Part shown: piece by piece, positions 23,440 through 35,147 of the stretch
How the letters are laid out: each line of letters begins with the position of its first letter
Numbering within the stretch: position 1 is the stretch's first letter
Assembly (NCBI GenBank): GCA_028534125.1
Contig: CM052817.1
Span: 2,668,001 to 2,732,000, forward strand
DNA: 64,000 nt
DNA from: Lama glama
Taxonomy: Eukaryota
Reading direction: 5' to 3'
Made by a program: the position numbers and the translations under genes
The notes under the pieces: model-generated
Told to the model about the DNA's origin: nothing
Databases searched by the model: none
The model's input: the letters and a program-made list of their open reading frames with translations, nothing else

Positions 23440-26410
23440 TTTTAAAAATTTAACTGCTTTATTGAAATATAACTCATCACACAGTTTACCCATCTGAAGT
23501 GTATGGTTCAGTGGTTTTCAGATACTCACAGAGTTGTGCAGTAATACCACTGCTTAACCCCAGGGCATTTTCATCAGTCCAGGAGGAAGCTTAAACCCAT
23601 TAGGAGTCACTTCTCATCACCCCGCAAACCCAGCTCCTGGCAGCTGCTAATCTACTTTCTATCTCTATTTACCCTTTCTGATCATTTCACTTAAATGGGA
23701 TCATGTACCATGTGACCAAAAAGTCTGACTTCTTTCACTCAGCATGGTGTTTGCAAGGTTCCTCTACAGTGTAGCACAAGCCAGTGCTTTATTCCTTTCT
23801 GTGGCCAATCATATTTCCCTGTGTGGAGAGACTACATTTTGCTGATGGACATACGGGCGGTTTCTACTTCGGGTTGTAAATAATGCTACTGTGAACAACC
23901 TTATACAAACTTTTGTGCAGATATTTCTTTTCATTTCTCTTGGATTTATACCTAGGAGCAGAATTGCTGGGTCATGTGGTAACTGTATTTACGCTTTTGA
24001 AGAATTACCAGACTTTTCCAAAGTCACTGCACCATTTTACATTCCCACCAGTAACGTATAAGGGTTCCAGTTGCCCCACATCCTTATCAAAGCTTGTTAT
24101 TAATTATCTTCACGATCATGGCCATCCTAGCGGATGGGAAGTCGTATCTTACTCTGGTTTTGATTTGCATTTCCCTGATGGCTAATGATGTTGAGAATCT
24201 TTTTGGGTGCTTATTGGCCATTGTATATCTTTGGAGAAATGTCTATTTGAACCTTTTAAATCACGTTATTTGGCTTTATTATTGGGTGTTAAGATTCTTC
24301 ATGTAGTTTGGGTACAAGGCCCTTATCAATATATGATTTGCAAATATCTTCCCTCACCCTCTGGGTTTTTTCACTTTCTTGATGGTGTTCTTTGCTGAAA
24401 ATTTTTTTAATTTTGATGAAGTCCAGTGTATTGATTATTTTTCTTCTGTTGCTTTTGCTTTTGAGATCATCTCTAAGAAGGCTTTGCCTGGCGCAAGATT
24501 TTAAAGATTTGTTCCCTTATTTTCTTCTAGGAGTTTTATAGTTGTAGCTCTTACGTTTAGATCTGCAATTCATTCTGAGTTGATTTTTGTGAATGTGTGT
24601 GGAAAGCGTTCACCTGCATTCCTCTGCACATGGGTATTCATTTGCCCCGGCACCAACAGAAAGGACTGTTTTTCTCCCACGGATTACATTGGCACCCTTC
24701 TCAGAAAGCTATTGACCCTACACGTGATGGCTTGTTGCTGGACACTCAGTCCTATTCCACTGATCTAAGTATGTCTGTCTTTATGCCAATACCACTGTGT
24801 CTTCATTATTGTGATTTTGTAGCAAGTTTTGAAATAGAGAAGTGTGAATCCTCCAACTTTGTTCTTTCTCAAAGTGGTTTTGTCTATTCTGAGTTTCTTG
24901 AATTTCTGTATGACTTTTAGGGTCAGCTTTTTAATTCCCTCAAAAAAAAAAATCCAGCTGGAACCTTGACTGGGATAACATGGGGTCTGTAGATGTGTTG
25001 GGAAATACTGGCATTTTAACAATACTGCATCTCCCAAGCCACGAACAAAGGATGTTTTTCCATTTATTTAGGTCTTAGCTTTCTTTCAAAAATGTTGTAT
25101 GGTTGTCAGAGTATAAGTTTTCCACTTCTTTTGTCGAATTTATTTCTAAGTAGTTTATTATTTTTGGTGCTGTTGCCAATGAAATTGTTTTCTTGATTTC
25201 ACTTTTGAGCTGTCCGTGGGTGATGTAGGGCAGTCAGCTGGGTTTTGCATACTGATCTTGTACCCCACAAACTGGCTGAACTGGTTTATTAATTCTACCA
25301 GTTTTTTAGTGGACTTACTCAGAATTTCTATATGCAAAATCATATTATCTGTAAATAGAGGTAGGATGCCAATCAGAATAACTTTTATTTAATTTCTTTC
25401 CCAGTTGACTGGCTAGGACCTCCAGCAGTGTGGAAAAGAAGAGACAGACATCCTTGTCTTGTTCCTGATCTCAGGGGCACGGCATTCAGTCTTTTATGTT
25501 TAAGTGCAATGATAACTATGGAGTTTTTGTAAATGCCTTTTACTGGGTCAGTTTTATTAAACTATTTCTCGTTTGTTGAGTTTTTATCATGAAAGGGTGT
25601 TTGATTTTGACAAATGCTTTTCTCCATCTGTTGGTATGATCATGTGTTTTTTTGTCCTTTATTCCGTGAATTGATTTTCAAATGTTGAGTTGACCTTACA
25701 TTCCTAGGATAAATCTCAGTTGGTCCTGGCGTAGAATCTTTCTTGTACGTTGCTGGATTCACTCAGCAAGATTTGCTGAGAATTTTCTGTATGTGTTCAC
25801 AAGAGATGTTGGTCGGTAGTTTTCTTGTGATGTCTTTGGTTTTGATTTCAAGGTAAAACTGGCATAATGGAAACCTTTATGGATGTGTTCCTTCCTCTTC
25901 TTTTTCTTGGAAGAGTTTGTAGATTACTGGTGTCTTTAAATATTTGGTAGAATTCACAACTGAAGCCACCTGCTTTCCTTTGTGGGTAGCTGACTGATCT
26001 CAATGTCATTACTCACTATAGATCTCTTCACATCTTCTGTTTCTTCATGAGTCAGTTTTGGTAGCTTGTTTCTTTCCAGGCATTTGTCTGTTTCATGGAG
26101 ATTTCCTGATTTGCTGGTGTGCAGTGGTTAATAATATTCCCTTAGAATCCTTGTTATTTCTTTAAGGTCGGTAGTAATAGTCCCTTTTTGGTTCTTGATG
26201 TTAGTAATTTGCCTTTTCCCTCTTTTTTTTTTATAACTGGGTCAATCTAGCTAAAAGTTCCCAATTTTGTCGGTCTTTTCAAAGAGCCAACCTTGGTTTT
26301 TGTTGATTTTCTCTTTTCTGCTCCATGCTTTTTGCTCTGACCGTTTAGCTTCCTCCTTCTGCTTGGCTCTCGGTTTAGTCTGTGCTTCTTTCTTAGTGTC
26401 TTAAAGTGGT
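23440..26410 (-). mobile_element. 5'-truncated degenerate L1 LINE (3'UTR plus part of ORF2), antisense in ACOX3 intron 1
   Basis: AT-rich 3 kb. Minus-strand ORFs encode L1 ORF2-like peptides (MILHIEILSKSTKKLVELINQFSQFVGYKI; KNKVGGFTLLYFKTCYKITIMKTQWYWHKDRH). Typical tttattgaaatataact 3' end. Confidence 0.9.
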
Positions 26411-27489
26411 GCTTTGAGGAGCTTGCCCCTGAGGTCCGACACTGCTGGGCTCAGGTCTCTTCTCTGCCGCTCCTCGGTGGCGGGCGCTCTAGGAAGACAG
26501 CGAGGCTCTCTGAGCTTGGGCTCTCGCATCTTTCAGGAGGGATGGCAGTACTTGGCTCACGATTCGGGGGCTGAAATAAACTGCAGTCTGTCGAGGGCGT
26601 GGCCCCTGACACACACGCAGACGCTCGGTCGTGCCCTCTCACACGGAAGACAGAAATGCTTCACCGTGAAAGAGACCACTTCTCCATGGTGTGTCAGCAG
26701 CCCTGACCCATCGTACTCAGAGCCTGGCATCCTGTTCTAACAATCAGCTAGAAGGATTTAAAGGTTCTGTGGGCCTTAAAGGGTTCAGCTGGGGCCACGC
26801 CCAGGACTCTGCTCTCCCGGTGTCCCTCCAGGTCTGCGTTCTCAAGCCTCTCCCGTCCACGCCTCCACTGGCCCAGGCACTGTACAAAAGAGCCAGTCTG
26901 CTCAGAAAATCCCAGAATGATCCTTTGGACAAGAGAGCTGGGTTGCTCTTTAGTGGGAAGCCAGATGCCCCTACACCAAGTGGAGTCACACACGGGATCT
27001 GTGGCCGACATCCCCCATCCAGACCTGCTCAAGGGGACTCTGGGGGGGGCCAGAGCAGACCGGTGAGCAGACTCTTGGGTGAGGCTCCCTGGGCAGTGGG
27101 CCTGGCTGGCCCCAAGTGAAGAGGAGCGTGTATTCAGGCCAGGCTGGAGCACACAGAGCCCTGGACTCTTCCCCAGTGGCCCAGGCTCGCTGCAGCCTGT
27201 ATTCCTTGGAGCTTCCCAGCACCGACCGCGTGACTGCCCTGTGCTCTCGCCCAGGCCCTGGGCATCTCTGTTCAGGAGTGAAAACATGCACGCTCGCCCC
27301 ACCGTCCTGTCCTGGGAAGGGGGACGGTAGCTCTTGGGTGGTAATTCCCTCCGACTGTCCCTTTGCAGTCAGAGCCTATCGGTTTCTTGGTCTCTTTGCA
27401 CTACGCTGCGCTTCTGCGGTGGCCCCAGAGGGTGTGACTGGGTGGCACGCACAGACTCAGAGCGTGTCTCTGCAGGTGGACGTGGAGCG

Positions 27490-27633
27490 ATGGCGCCCCC
27501 CGAGGAAGGAAGCGATGTCCTGGTGCTGCCAGACCCGCCCCGGGGACCCCTGCACGCGGCCCGTGCCCGCGCCTCCTTCTGCTGGAAGGAGCTGGCGCTG
27601 TTCTTGGAGGGCGAGGATGTGCTGCGCTTCAAG
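27490..27633 (+). CDS. ACOX3: ACOX3 first coding exon (exon 2; exon begins at 27476)
   Basis: tgcag|GTGGACGTGGAGCGATGG; MAPPEEGSDVLVLPDPPRGPLHAARARASFCWKELALFLEGEDVLRFK|gtgagg; 144 nt. Confidence 0.95.
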
Positions 27634-27853
27634 GTGAGGCCGGGACTGGGCAGTGCTGCCCATGGGGACCCCTGCGGGCGGGGTCTGGGGGGCCGTCTTG
27701 TGGATCTACAAAAAGGTGGGGCGAGTCCTGGGCCTGCCCAGGCCTTTCTCCTCTTCAGGCTCTGGACAGTGCCGGGGAATTGTTGGGAGCTCTGGATGGA
27801 TGAACACGGATGGATTAGACCTCCCACGCCTCAGGGCCCTCTGCTCTCTACTG

Positions 27854-28380
27854 TGTTAGTGGATAGAGAGAGGCCCAGATTCGAAACCCCACAGAGAGTG
27901 TGGGCCCTTGCCTGCTGGTTGAGAAAGAATTCTCAGCAGAGGCCAAGGAGCAAAGTGGAAGGCTGCTTTATTGCTCAGAAGAGGAAAAGACACTTAAGTC
28001 AGGGAGCTGTCAGCCCAGGCAGCTGGGTATAAGCACTCCCGCTCTCGGGGTCCCGCTGGGTCCGTTTATCCGTCTTCTCTGGCTGCTTGTCTCCCTCCAT
28101 CGGCTCCTCTTTTCCTACTTGCTTTCCAGTTTGTCCTGCTCTGTGGAACAAACACTCCGCAAAAACAAGATCAGGTAATGAGGACCCAGGTTAGGTGAGC
28201 CGGCAAGACCCTTGAACAATGTGGTCGCAGAGACTAGATCAGGTCAGGGCTTTCTGCTCCGCCAGTGGGGCTGCTTCCATTATTCATTTGCTCTCTGAGG
28301 TCAGTTAGAAGTTACTTTTAAACTTTACAGGAGTCTCTGAATAGTAGGTCCAGGTTTCAATTCCCTGGTTCCCTGCCTCC
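27854..28380 (-). mobile_element. Probable ERV solo LTR in ACOX3 intron 2
   Basis: Same 3' architecture as the 21706 LTR (ccttg...gaaagaattc...tttatt). Boundaries and TSD not resolved. Confidence 0.55.
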
Positions 28381-28537
28381 CTCTCTGGGATGGACTTTCA
28401 TCTCTGTCCCTGTGTCTCTGCATTAGACTGTGTGTCCGAGGTAGCCGGTGGCCTTGAGAAAACTGTGTAAGCAAGAGCGTAGTGAGAGCCCATCCTTTGC
28501 CTCCAAATTAGCCCTTCCCCACCTCCTGCATTCCCAG

Positions 28538-28771
28538 AACGCTGTCTTCTCGGCTCTGGAGAGCGACCCCCTCTTCGCGCATCCCCGTGGAAGTGATCTC
28601 TCGGTGGAGAAGTACCAGGAGCTGAACTTCCTGCGCTGCAAGCGGATCTTCGAATATGATTTCCTCCCCATGGAGGACGTGCTGGGAATCCCCTGGAGGA
28701 TCCGGGCGCTGGTTGAGTGCCTCGGCATGTACGACTGGTCCCTGGCCACCAAATTCTTCCTGCACCTCCTG
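28538..28771 (+). CDS. ACOX3: ACOX3 exon 3
   Basis: cag|AACGCT...CTCCTG|gtgagt; NAVFSALESDPLF...LNFLRCKRIFEYDFL...CLGMYDWSLATKFFLHLL; 234 nt. Confidence 0.95.
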
Positions 28772-29130
28772 GTGAGTCAGCGCCTGGGAGAGAAGTGTGG
28801 GCCCTCACTGTCCCCACACCACGAGGCCAAGACAGTGTCTGTCCAGGGACCAGAACGACCAGGGTATCAAACACACTCAGCCTGTGAGATGCAGATGGTT
28901 TCCTCTGTGGTTGGGAGGTTGTCAGCATTTCCATGCTTCTAAAGTTTTGGGAGATTTACACATTTGGCTGATGTTTGTTTAAAGAGATTTCTAAAAAACT
29001 ATAGGAAACAAAAGCAGAGGTAAGGCCAAGTGGGCAGACCTTGTGACTCTTAGTGGAAGTCCAGGTTTTTCTAGCTCTGGATGCACATCTGCACGCGTAA
29101 GTTCTTATGCCCCAAAAAAGAAAGCGAGGT

Positions 29131-29297
29131 GGGGGCTGGGTATAGCTTAAGTGGCAGAGTGCTTGCTGAGCATGCACAAGGTCCTGGGTTCAATCCCCAG
29201 GACCTCCTCTAAAAATAAATCAATGAATAAACTTAATTATCTCCCCCCTACAAAATTTTAAAAAATGAAAGTAAAAAAATAATGACAAAAAAAAAAA
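29131..29297 (+). mobile_element. Vic-1-like SINE
   Basis: gggggctgggtatagcttaagtggcagagtgcttgctgagcatgcacaaggtcctgggttcaatccccag plus A-rich tail. Confidence 0.88.
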
Positions 29298-29727
29298 GAG
29301 AGGGAAATTAGGGCCAAGGTAAGGCCTGTGTTCCCGCCTTCTGACATGCAGGGGGACGGCCTTGTCCTGGTGCTGTCTGAGGGAGAGGTGGGCTCTCTGC
29401 CCTTCCTGCACCTCGCCCCCAACCCCACCTCCATCTCCTTGTTCACGGATCCACTCAGTTCTGTTTAACTCACATAAACTGCTTGGGACAAGGACCCAGG
29501 TCTTGCCGCTCCGTAAGCTCCAGGCCAGGCGGCCGTGTCTCGGGAGACGCCGGGCCTTGGGCACCAGCGCTCTTAGGTAGCCCCTCGGAATCTGAGTTCC
29601 TCGCCCATGGGGTGATGTGACGCTGAGGAGCCACCTTGGGGCGGGTGTGGAGTGCACAGCTGTGGGGAAGTCCCAGAACGGCACTTACTAACTTCCACCT
29701 GTTTACGTGGTGGCATTTTATTTCCAG

Positions 29728-29802
29728 ACTTTTGGATCCACGATTTACAGCTCTGGTTCTGAAAGGCATTTCAAATATATCCCAAAGATCTTCAGTTTGG
29801 AG
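29728..29802 (+). CDS. ACOX3: ACOX3 exon 4
   Basis: cag|ACTTTT...TTGGAG|gtaag; TFGSTIYSSGSERHFKYIPKIFSLE; 75 nt, phase 0-0. Confidence 0.95.
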
Positions 29803-29982
29803 GTAAGCTGGGTGAGTCATGGCCTCCTGTTCTGTCACCTCTTTAGAGATGCTCTGGGTATTTTGTGGTGTTCTGAGGGTTCTCACCAGATAGCCAGAGC
29901 TGTCCTCTACTAAACCAGGGTGTGCCAAATTCCCAGCGGGGTAGAAATTTATCTTTTTCTTAATTTTTTTTTCAAATGGGCA

Positions 29983-30086
29983 TTTTTTTTTCTGTTTTTC
30001 TTTTTTTTAATGGAGGTGCTGGGGACTGAACCCAAGACCTTGTGCATGCTGAGCACGTGCTCTACCACTGAGTTGTGCCCTCCCCC
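29983..30086 (-). mobile_element. Vic-1-like SINE (antisense)
   Basis: poly(T) then aatggaggtgctggggactgaacccaagaccttgtgcatgctgagcacgtgctctaccactgagttgtgccctccccc. Confidence 0.88.
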
Positions 30087-30105
30087 ATCCCGCTGCACCC
30101 CTCAC

Positions 30106-30290
30106 TTTTTCCTTTTTTTTGTCTTTTTTTTTAATATATATTTTTATTGAAGTATAATCAGTTTACAACTTTGTGTCAGTTTCTGGTGTACAGCACGATA
30201 CTTCAGTCATACGTGAACATTCACGTGTTCATTTTCATGTTCTTTTTCACCACAAGTTACTCCAAGATACTGAATATGGCTCCCTTGCTG
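30106..30290 (-). mobile_element. L1 3'-end fragment
   Basis: poly(T) then ttttattgaagtataatcagtttacaactttgtgtcagtttctggtgtacagc. Confidence 0.75.
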
Positions 30291-30570
30291 CCCTTCGCTT
30301 TTGCTTAATCAAAACTTAGGTCTGCGGTTTCCTTCTGCTGCCTGGGAGCTGTCCTTGCCGCGGTGCTGACCCGGCGGGGCCGCGTTCCGCTCGTCCAGCC
30401 TGCCGCTCTCACAGCTGGGAGGCACGGCGCCCAGCGCGGCAGAGTGGCTCAGTGAGATCGGGGCCTTCGAGCTGTGGTGTCGGCGGCAGAGGAAGGATGG
30501 TGGCAGGTCCCCCCAGGAAGGTGCAGAAGGAGCCTTTCTCGCTTCATGGCATTTTGTGCTTCCACGTTAG

Positions 30571-30660
30571 ATTTTCGGCTGTTTTGCTCTGACCGAATTG
30601 AGTCATGGGAGTAACACCAAAGCCATCCGGACGACTGCTCACTACGACCCTACTACTGAG
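30571..30660 (+). CDS. ACOX3: ACOX3 exon 5
   Basis: tag|ATTTTC...ACTGAG|gtaggt; [30 protein letters not shown] (acyl-CoA oxidase TELxHGSN motif); 90 nt. Confidence 0.96.
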
Positions 30661-31250
30661 GTAGGTGGCCCCCTCCCAACCATCCGGTCTCGGGGCCTCA
30701 AGGCCTCAAGCGTATGAAACACAGCGTTGTCAGGAGTGAAGAGTAATGAGACCAAGAAGCTCGTCTATTCGTGTGCATCCCTGTGAGGTGCACACGGGGG
30801 TGTGTCACGCGGAGCTCAGCAGAGAAAGGGCAGAAGCTACTCCCACCTTGAAATCTCTCCTGGTTTGGATTTGTGTGGCATTTGAATGCGGTGAAGACAC
30901 TATGTATCTATTTTGTAACATTTGATTCTTGGTTTACCAGGCAGCCTGTTGGCCTTGGGTTTGTAAACAGTTCCAATTGCTCATGCTTTATAAAATGAAC
31001 AGACGAGAGAAGATTCCCTTTCTAGCTGCCTGTCTGCGTCCCCTGCCTGCGGCCAGGCTCTCTGGGCCAGCTGCCTGCCTTCTCTTCCCTGCCCTCTGCA
31101 TCCTGGGCCACCCAGGACATAATATTCAGTCCATCCTTACTCTTGCCTCAGAGGTTTTGAGCAGAGAAAATCGAGTGTATCAAAGAGGTAGAGACATTCC
31201 TCATGTGCTCCAGTCTCTAACTGTAACTGTAACTTCTTTCCCTTGTGCAG

Positions 31251-31394
31251 GAGTTCATCCTACACTCCCCTGATTTCGAATCTGCCAAGTTCTGGGTCGG
31301 CAACATGGGCAAGACCGCTACGCACACTGTGCTCTTCGCTCAGCTGTACACACCGGGGGGCCAGTGCCACGGGCTGCACCCCTTTGTCGTGCAG
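31251..31394 (+). CDS. ACOX3: ACOX3 exon 6
   Basis: cag|GAGTTC...GTGCAG|gtaggg; [48 protein letters not shown]; 144 nt. Confidence 0.96.
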
Positions 31395-31411
31395 GTAGGG
31401 ACCGGGTGTAC

Positions 31412-31582
31412 CCCAAGTCTGGAGACATTTTCATCGCAGCTCGGGGTGGTGCAGCTTCTGGCTTCTAGGGATACAGACCAGGGGTATGGTTAAACACCCC
31501 ATAGTGCCCAGGACAGCCCCCCACACACCCTGGAAGAATTATCAGCCCTGAATGTCAGGGCTGCCACCGTTGAGAACCCCTG
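31412..31582 (+). mobile_element. MER20-like hAT DNA transposon fragment
   Basis: tctggagacatttt...taaacaccccatagtgcccaggacagcccccc...aagaattatcagccctgaatgtca...gttgagaacccctg. Confidence 0.7.
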
Positions 31583-31975
31583 AAGCGCTGGCCAAGGATC
31601 ATCTGGGGGAGACTCTCCGTCCTCCCAGAGGTCACGCTGGCATCACATGGACACCTGGCACAGACCCCAGTTCCTAGCCCACCACCCACCCCTGCTCACC
31701 CTGGGCTCTGGCAGCAGGCCCGAGGGGCTCCAGGAGTTCTGATGTGAAGTTGACTTGGGGCTCTTCCTAGGTCACAAGTGGAGCTTTGGCCAGCAGAGGG
31801 GCCTGGGGCAGGCGGCCAGCCCATCTCCCGCCTGCCCGAGGCTGCTGCGGCCTCCCCGGGCCCGGAGCTCCAGAAGCTCATCCAGGACCCTTTCTCTGGG
31901 CGGGCTGGGTGCTGAAGGGAACCACTTCCCCTACTCCCAGACTCATTCCGACATCCTTAGTCTCCAGGACTTTTC

Positions 31976-32475
31976 NNNNNNNNNNNNNNNNNNNNNNNNN
32001 NNNNNNNNNNNNNNNNNNNNNNNNNNNNNNNNNNNNNNNNNNNNNNNNNNNNNNNNNNNNNNNNNNNNNNNNNNNNNNNNNNNNNNNNNNNNNNNNNNNN
32101 NNNNNNNNNNNNNNNNNNNNNNNNNNNNNNNNNNNNNNNNNNNNNNNNNNNNNNNNNNNNNNNNNNNNNNNNNNNNNNNNNNNNNNNNNNNNNNNNNNNN
32201 NNNNNNNNNNNNNNNNNNNNNNNNNNNNNNNNNNNNNNNNNNNNNNNNNNNNNNNNNNNNNNNNNNNNNNNNNNNNNNNNNNNNNNNNNNNNNNNNNNNN
32301 NNNNNNNNNNNNNNNNNNNNNNNNNNNNNNNNNNNNNNNNNNNNNNNNNNNNNNNNNNNNNNNNNNNNNNNNNNNNNNNNNNNNNNNNNNNNNNNNNNNN
32401 NNNNNNNNNNNNNNNNNNNNNNNNNNNNNNNNNNNNNNNNNNNNNNNNNNNNNNNNNNNNNNNNNNNNNNNNNNN
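31976..32475. other. Assembly gap (500 N), probably hiding ACOX3 exons 7-13
   Basis: Exactly 500 N. About 850 nt of expected ACOX3 coding sequence is absent between exon 6 and the next visible exon. Confidence 0.95.
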
Positions 32476-33469
32476 GTCAGGAGGTTTTCCTCTGGGGATT
32501 CAGATGTGTGTCTGGGGAGGGAGGGGCAGGCACGGCTCCTCGGCTCCCTGATCCTCGCACTGAGGATGTGTGTGCACTGAGGATGGGCTTAACAAGTGGC
32601 CCCGAACACTGGGGACCTGCGTGTCACTTAATGTCATAAGGCCTTTCTCTTTCCTTGAGTTAGCTCATCACGAAAATACTAAACAATTGGAGCATTTGCT
32701 TCTCTGGCCAAAGGAAAACATGCAGGGCAGCGGGGTTGTGTAGCACCCTGTGTTCAGAGGGGCCTGTGGTGTGGGCGGCACGCCCAGGCCGTGGGTCAGC
32801 TGTGGGCCCTGGGCCAGATGCTGATCGGCCATTAAGGGGTGCAGAGGGGCACCTGGGGGAGCCCCAAGGGGCCCCGTGGTGCAGCACCTCAGAGGCCACT
32901 TCTGACCCAGGAGCTGGGAGGGACTTGAGGACTGAAGTTGAAGCAGTGTTTGTCCTGGGCTATTCGCCACCCCCCAAGCAAGAGCGTTCCTGCCCGGCTG
33001 TGCCGGCTCCCCTGGCCTCCCCCACTCAGTTTTGTCCCCGCTGACCCCTCACGTCCAGGTGACTTCTCCAAGTGGTCCACACACCAGCCCCGTTGTTACC
33101 TTCGTGTGTTCGCTAGGGGCTCAGCCCTGCCGTGTGTACACGTCGGAGCAGAGTGACGCACTTAGTAAAAACTTGAGAGCTGAAAGTGGAGTTTCCAAAG
33201 GAAAATGTTCAAACAACCAAGGCATGAAGCTGGCTTCTCTCTTGGAGCACAGACTGTGAGCTGGTCACCGACACCAGGCGCAGTGGGTGACCGTGCAGGC
33301 CGTCACCTGCCAGGGCAGCACTTGGATGCGGCCCGGACAGCATGGTTGGTGCGTCGTAGGGTGGTAGGGCCTCTGCCCCAGGTACACAGGTGTCAAAATG
33401 GGCCCCCCCAGCACCAGCGCTGGCCCCAGCGTCTGCCTGGGTTTGCAGGGACGTCCTGAAGGGCGGCTC

Positions 33470-33881
33470 CGGAGTGCCCCGGGGCTGCCGCGGTGTCTGC
33501 GCCCTGCACACAAACTGGGTGCTGAGAACAGCAGGAACTGACTCACGTTGTGGACAGAAGCCCGCAGGTGAAGTGAGCCCCTGGCTGCTCTCCCTGCAGG
33601 GGCTCCAGGGAGGGTCCTTCCTCCCTGTGGAGCCCCTGGTGGCCGCGGGCGTTCCTGGTCTCGTGGCCACATCACCCGGTCTCTGCCTCCGCCTTTGCAT
33701 GGCCTCCCTTCTGTCTCGTACAAGGACACTCACTGGATTTAGGGCCACCATGGTCCAGGGTGACCTCGCGTTGTAATGTCATTTCATCTGCGAAGACCCT
33801 TTTCCTGTGGAAAGGCACGTTTGCAGGTGCGGGGAGACACATGGATGTGTCTTTCAGGGGGGCCCCATTCAAGCCAGCACA
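33470..33881 (-). mobile_element. MLT1-type MaLR LTR
   Basis: cacaaactgggtg...ggctccagggagggtccttcct...aaggacactcactggatttagggcca...atctgcgaagacccttttcc...attcaagccagcaca. Confidence 0.7.
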
Positions 33882-35031
33882 CCTGGCAGGCCTCTGAGAA
33901 GGGGACCGCATCCCAGCTCCCTTCCCCACTGCCGCATGGGGCTCCCTCAGAACAGCCATGTGAGCCCGGGCAGGCTGTTTGCTGCCTCTGAGCCTGCGTT
34001 TCCTCAGCCCTGAGAGGTGGTTCAGGTGCTCTTTAATGGGATTCTCAGCTGTGCTGTGAGGATTTGCAAATACAACACGTGAAACGGGCAGGGGTCTGCA
34101 GCAGGACCCAGCAAGTACCATGCACCTTCTTCCCAGGGAACGGGCTGAGTGACCTGAAGGAAGTCCCAGGCCCCCTGTGTCCAGCCTTTGGGCCCAGACC
34201 CAGTGTAGCCAGACCCCTGCTGGGAGCCCAGGGAGGGAGCCCCGAGCCGGGAGCAGCCCCTGGGGCCTGGGCGCCCAGCGCTGCGCCCTCGGCCTGGGTC
34301 AGCAGTGAGTGTGGACCTCGGGCCACACAGGCGGGTCAGACCCTTGCTGGCTCACCATGGGCCCGGGTGCCTCCCTGTGCCCCGTGTGCTCAGCGGAAGG
34401 GGTGGTGGCCACACTGCTGGGCAGGGTCTCCAGCGGTGACGGGACAGGAGCAGGGGGCCCCGTAGATGCAGGCACAGCACCGTGGCCAGCAGAGGAGGAC
34501 GGGGGTCTCTATGCAGCCCTTTGCAGCCCGTCCCCCCTGCATCCCTGTCACGGCGCGCCCTGCTCCGCAGCCTCCCTCCTCTGCCCAGAGAGCCGCGGGA
34601 GGGACGAGCGAGTGGCAAGGTCTTGGGAGAGCCGCCCACCGCAGCGGTGAGGTCCCCGGTCAGGTGGCTGGAGCGCGCCTTCCTCTCACCACCCACCCAC
34701 CATCTGCTGGGAAGTTGTCCTGCCATCCATGCGACTCCGCGTTTCATCCAGACCGTGTAGCCGTCTTACATAAACGAGGCGGTCGTCACGCCTTGGACTC
34801 CATGGTTGCTAGAACCGTGTAGAACTCGGCCGGCCTCACAGCAGAGCCGGGAAACGCCCTCAGCCGTGCTGGTCCTGGCCCGGCCACTGGCCGCTGCGGC
34901 CGAGCGCAGCTGCCCTCCCTGGGCCTCAGCCTCCCCGTCTAAACGGGCCCCACCCTGCTCGCTGCCACGAGGACTAAGTACTCGGCAAGGTCAGGGCCCC
35001 GCAGTCACTCTTCCCTGTTTCTCATTTGAAG

Positions 35032-35147
35032 CCGCCCTGGCAGCGTACGAGTGGCTGGTTTGCTATCTGCTCCGGGAGAGTTACCAGAAGTTAAATCGAG
35101 AGAAGCAGTCTGGGAGCAGCGACTTTGAAGCAAGAAACAACTGTCAG
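35032..35147 (+). CDS. ACOX3: ACOX3 exon 14 (human numbering)
   Basis: tttgaag|CCGCCCTG...TGTCAG|gtattc; [38 protein letters not shown]; 116 nt, phase 1->0. Confidence 0.92.

Noticed and set aside
24765..25343. Reverse-transcriptase-like peptides as a functional or novel RT system
   Set aside because: Short frameshifted fragments of a decayed L1 ORF2.
31755..32639. Long ORFs of 294 and 264 aa
   Set aside because: Artefacts of translating through the N gap.
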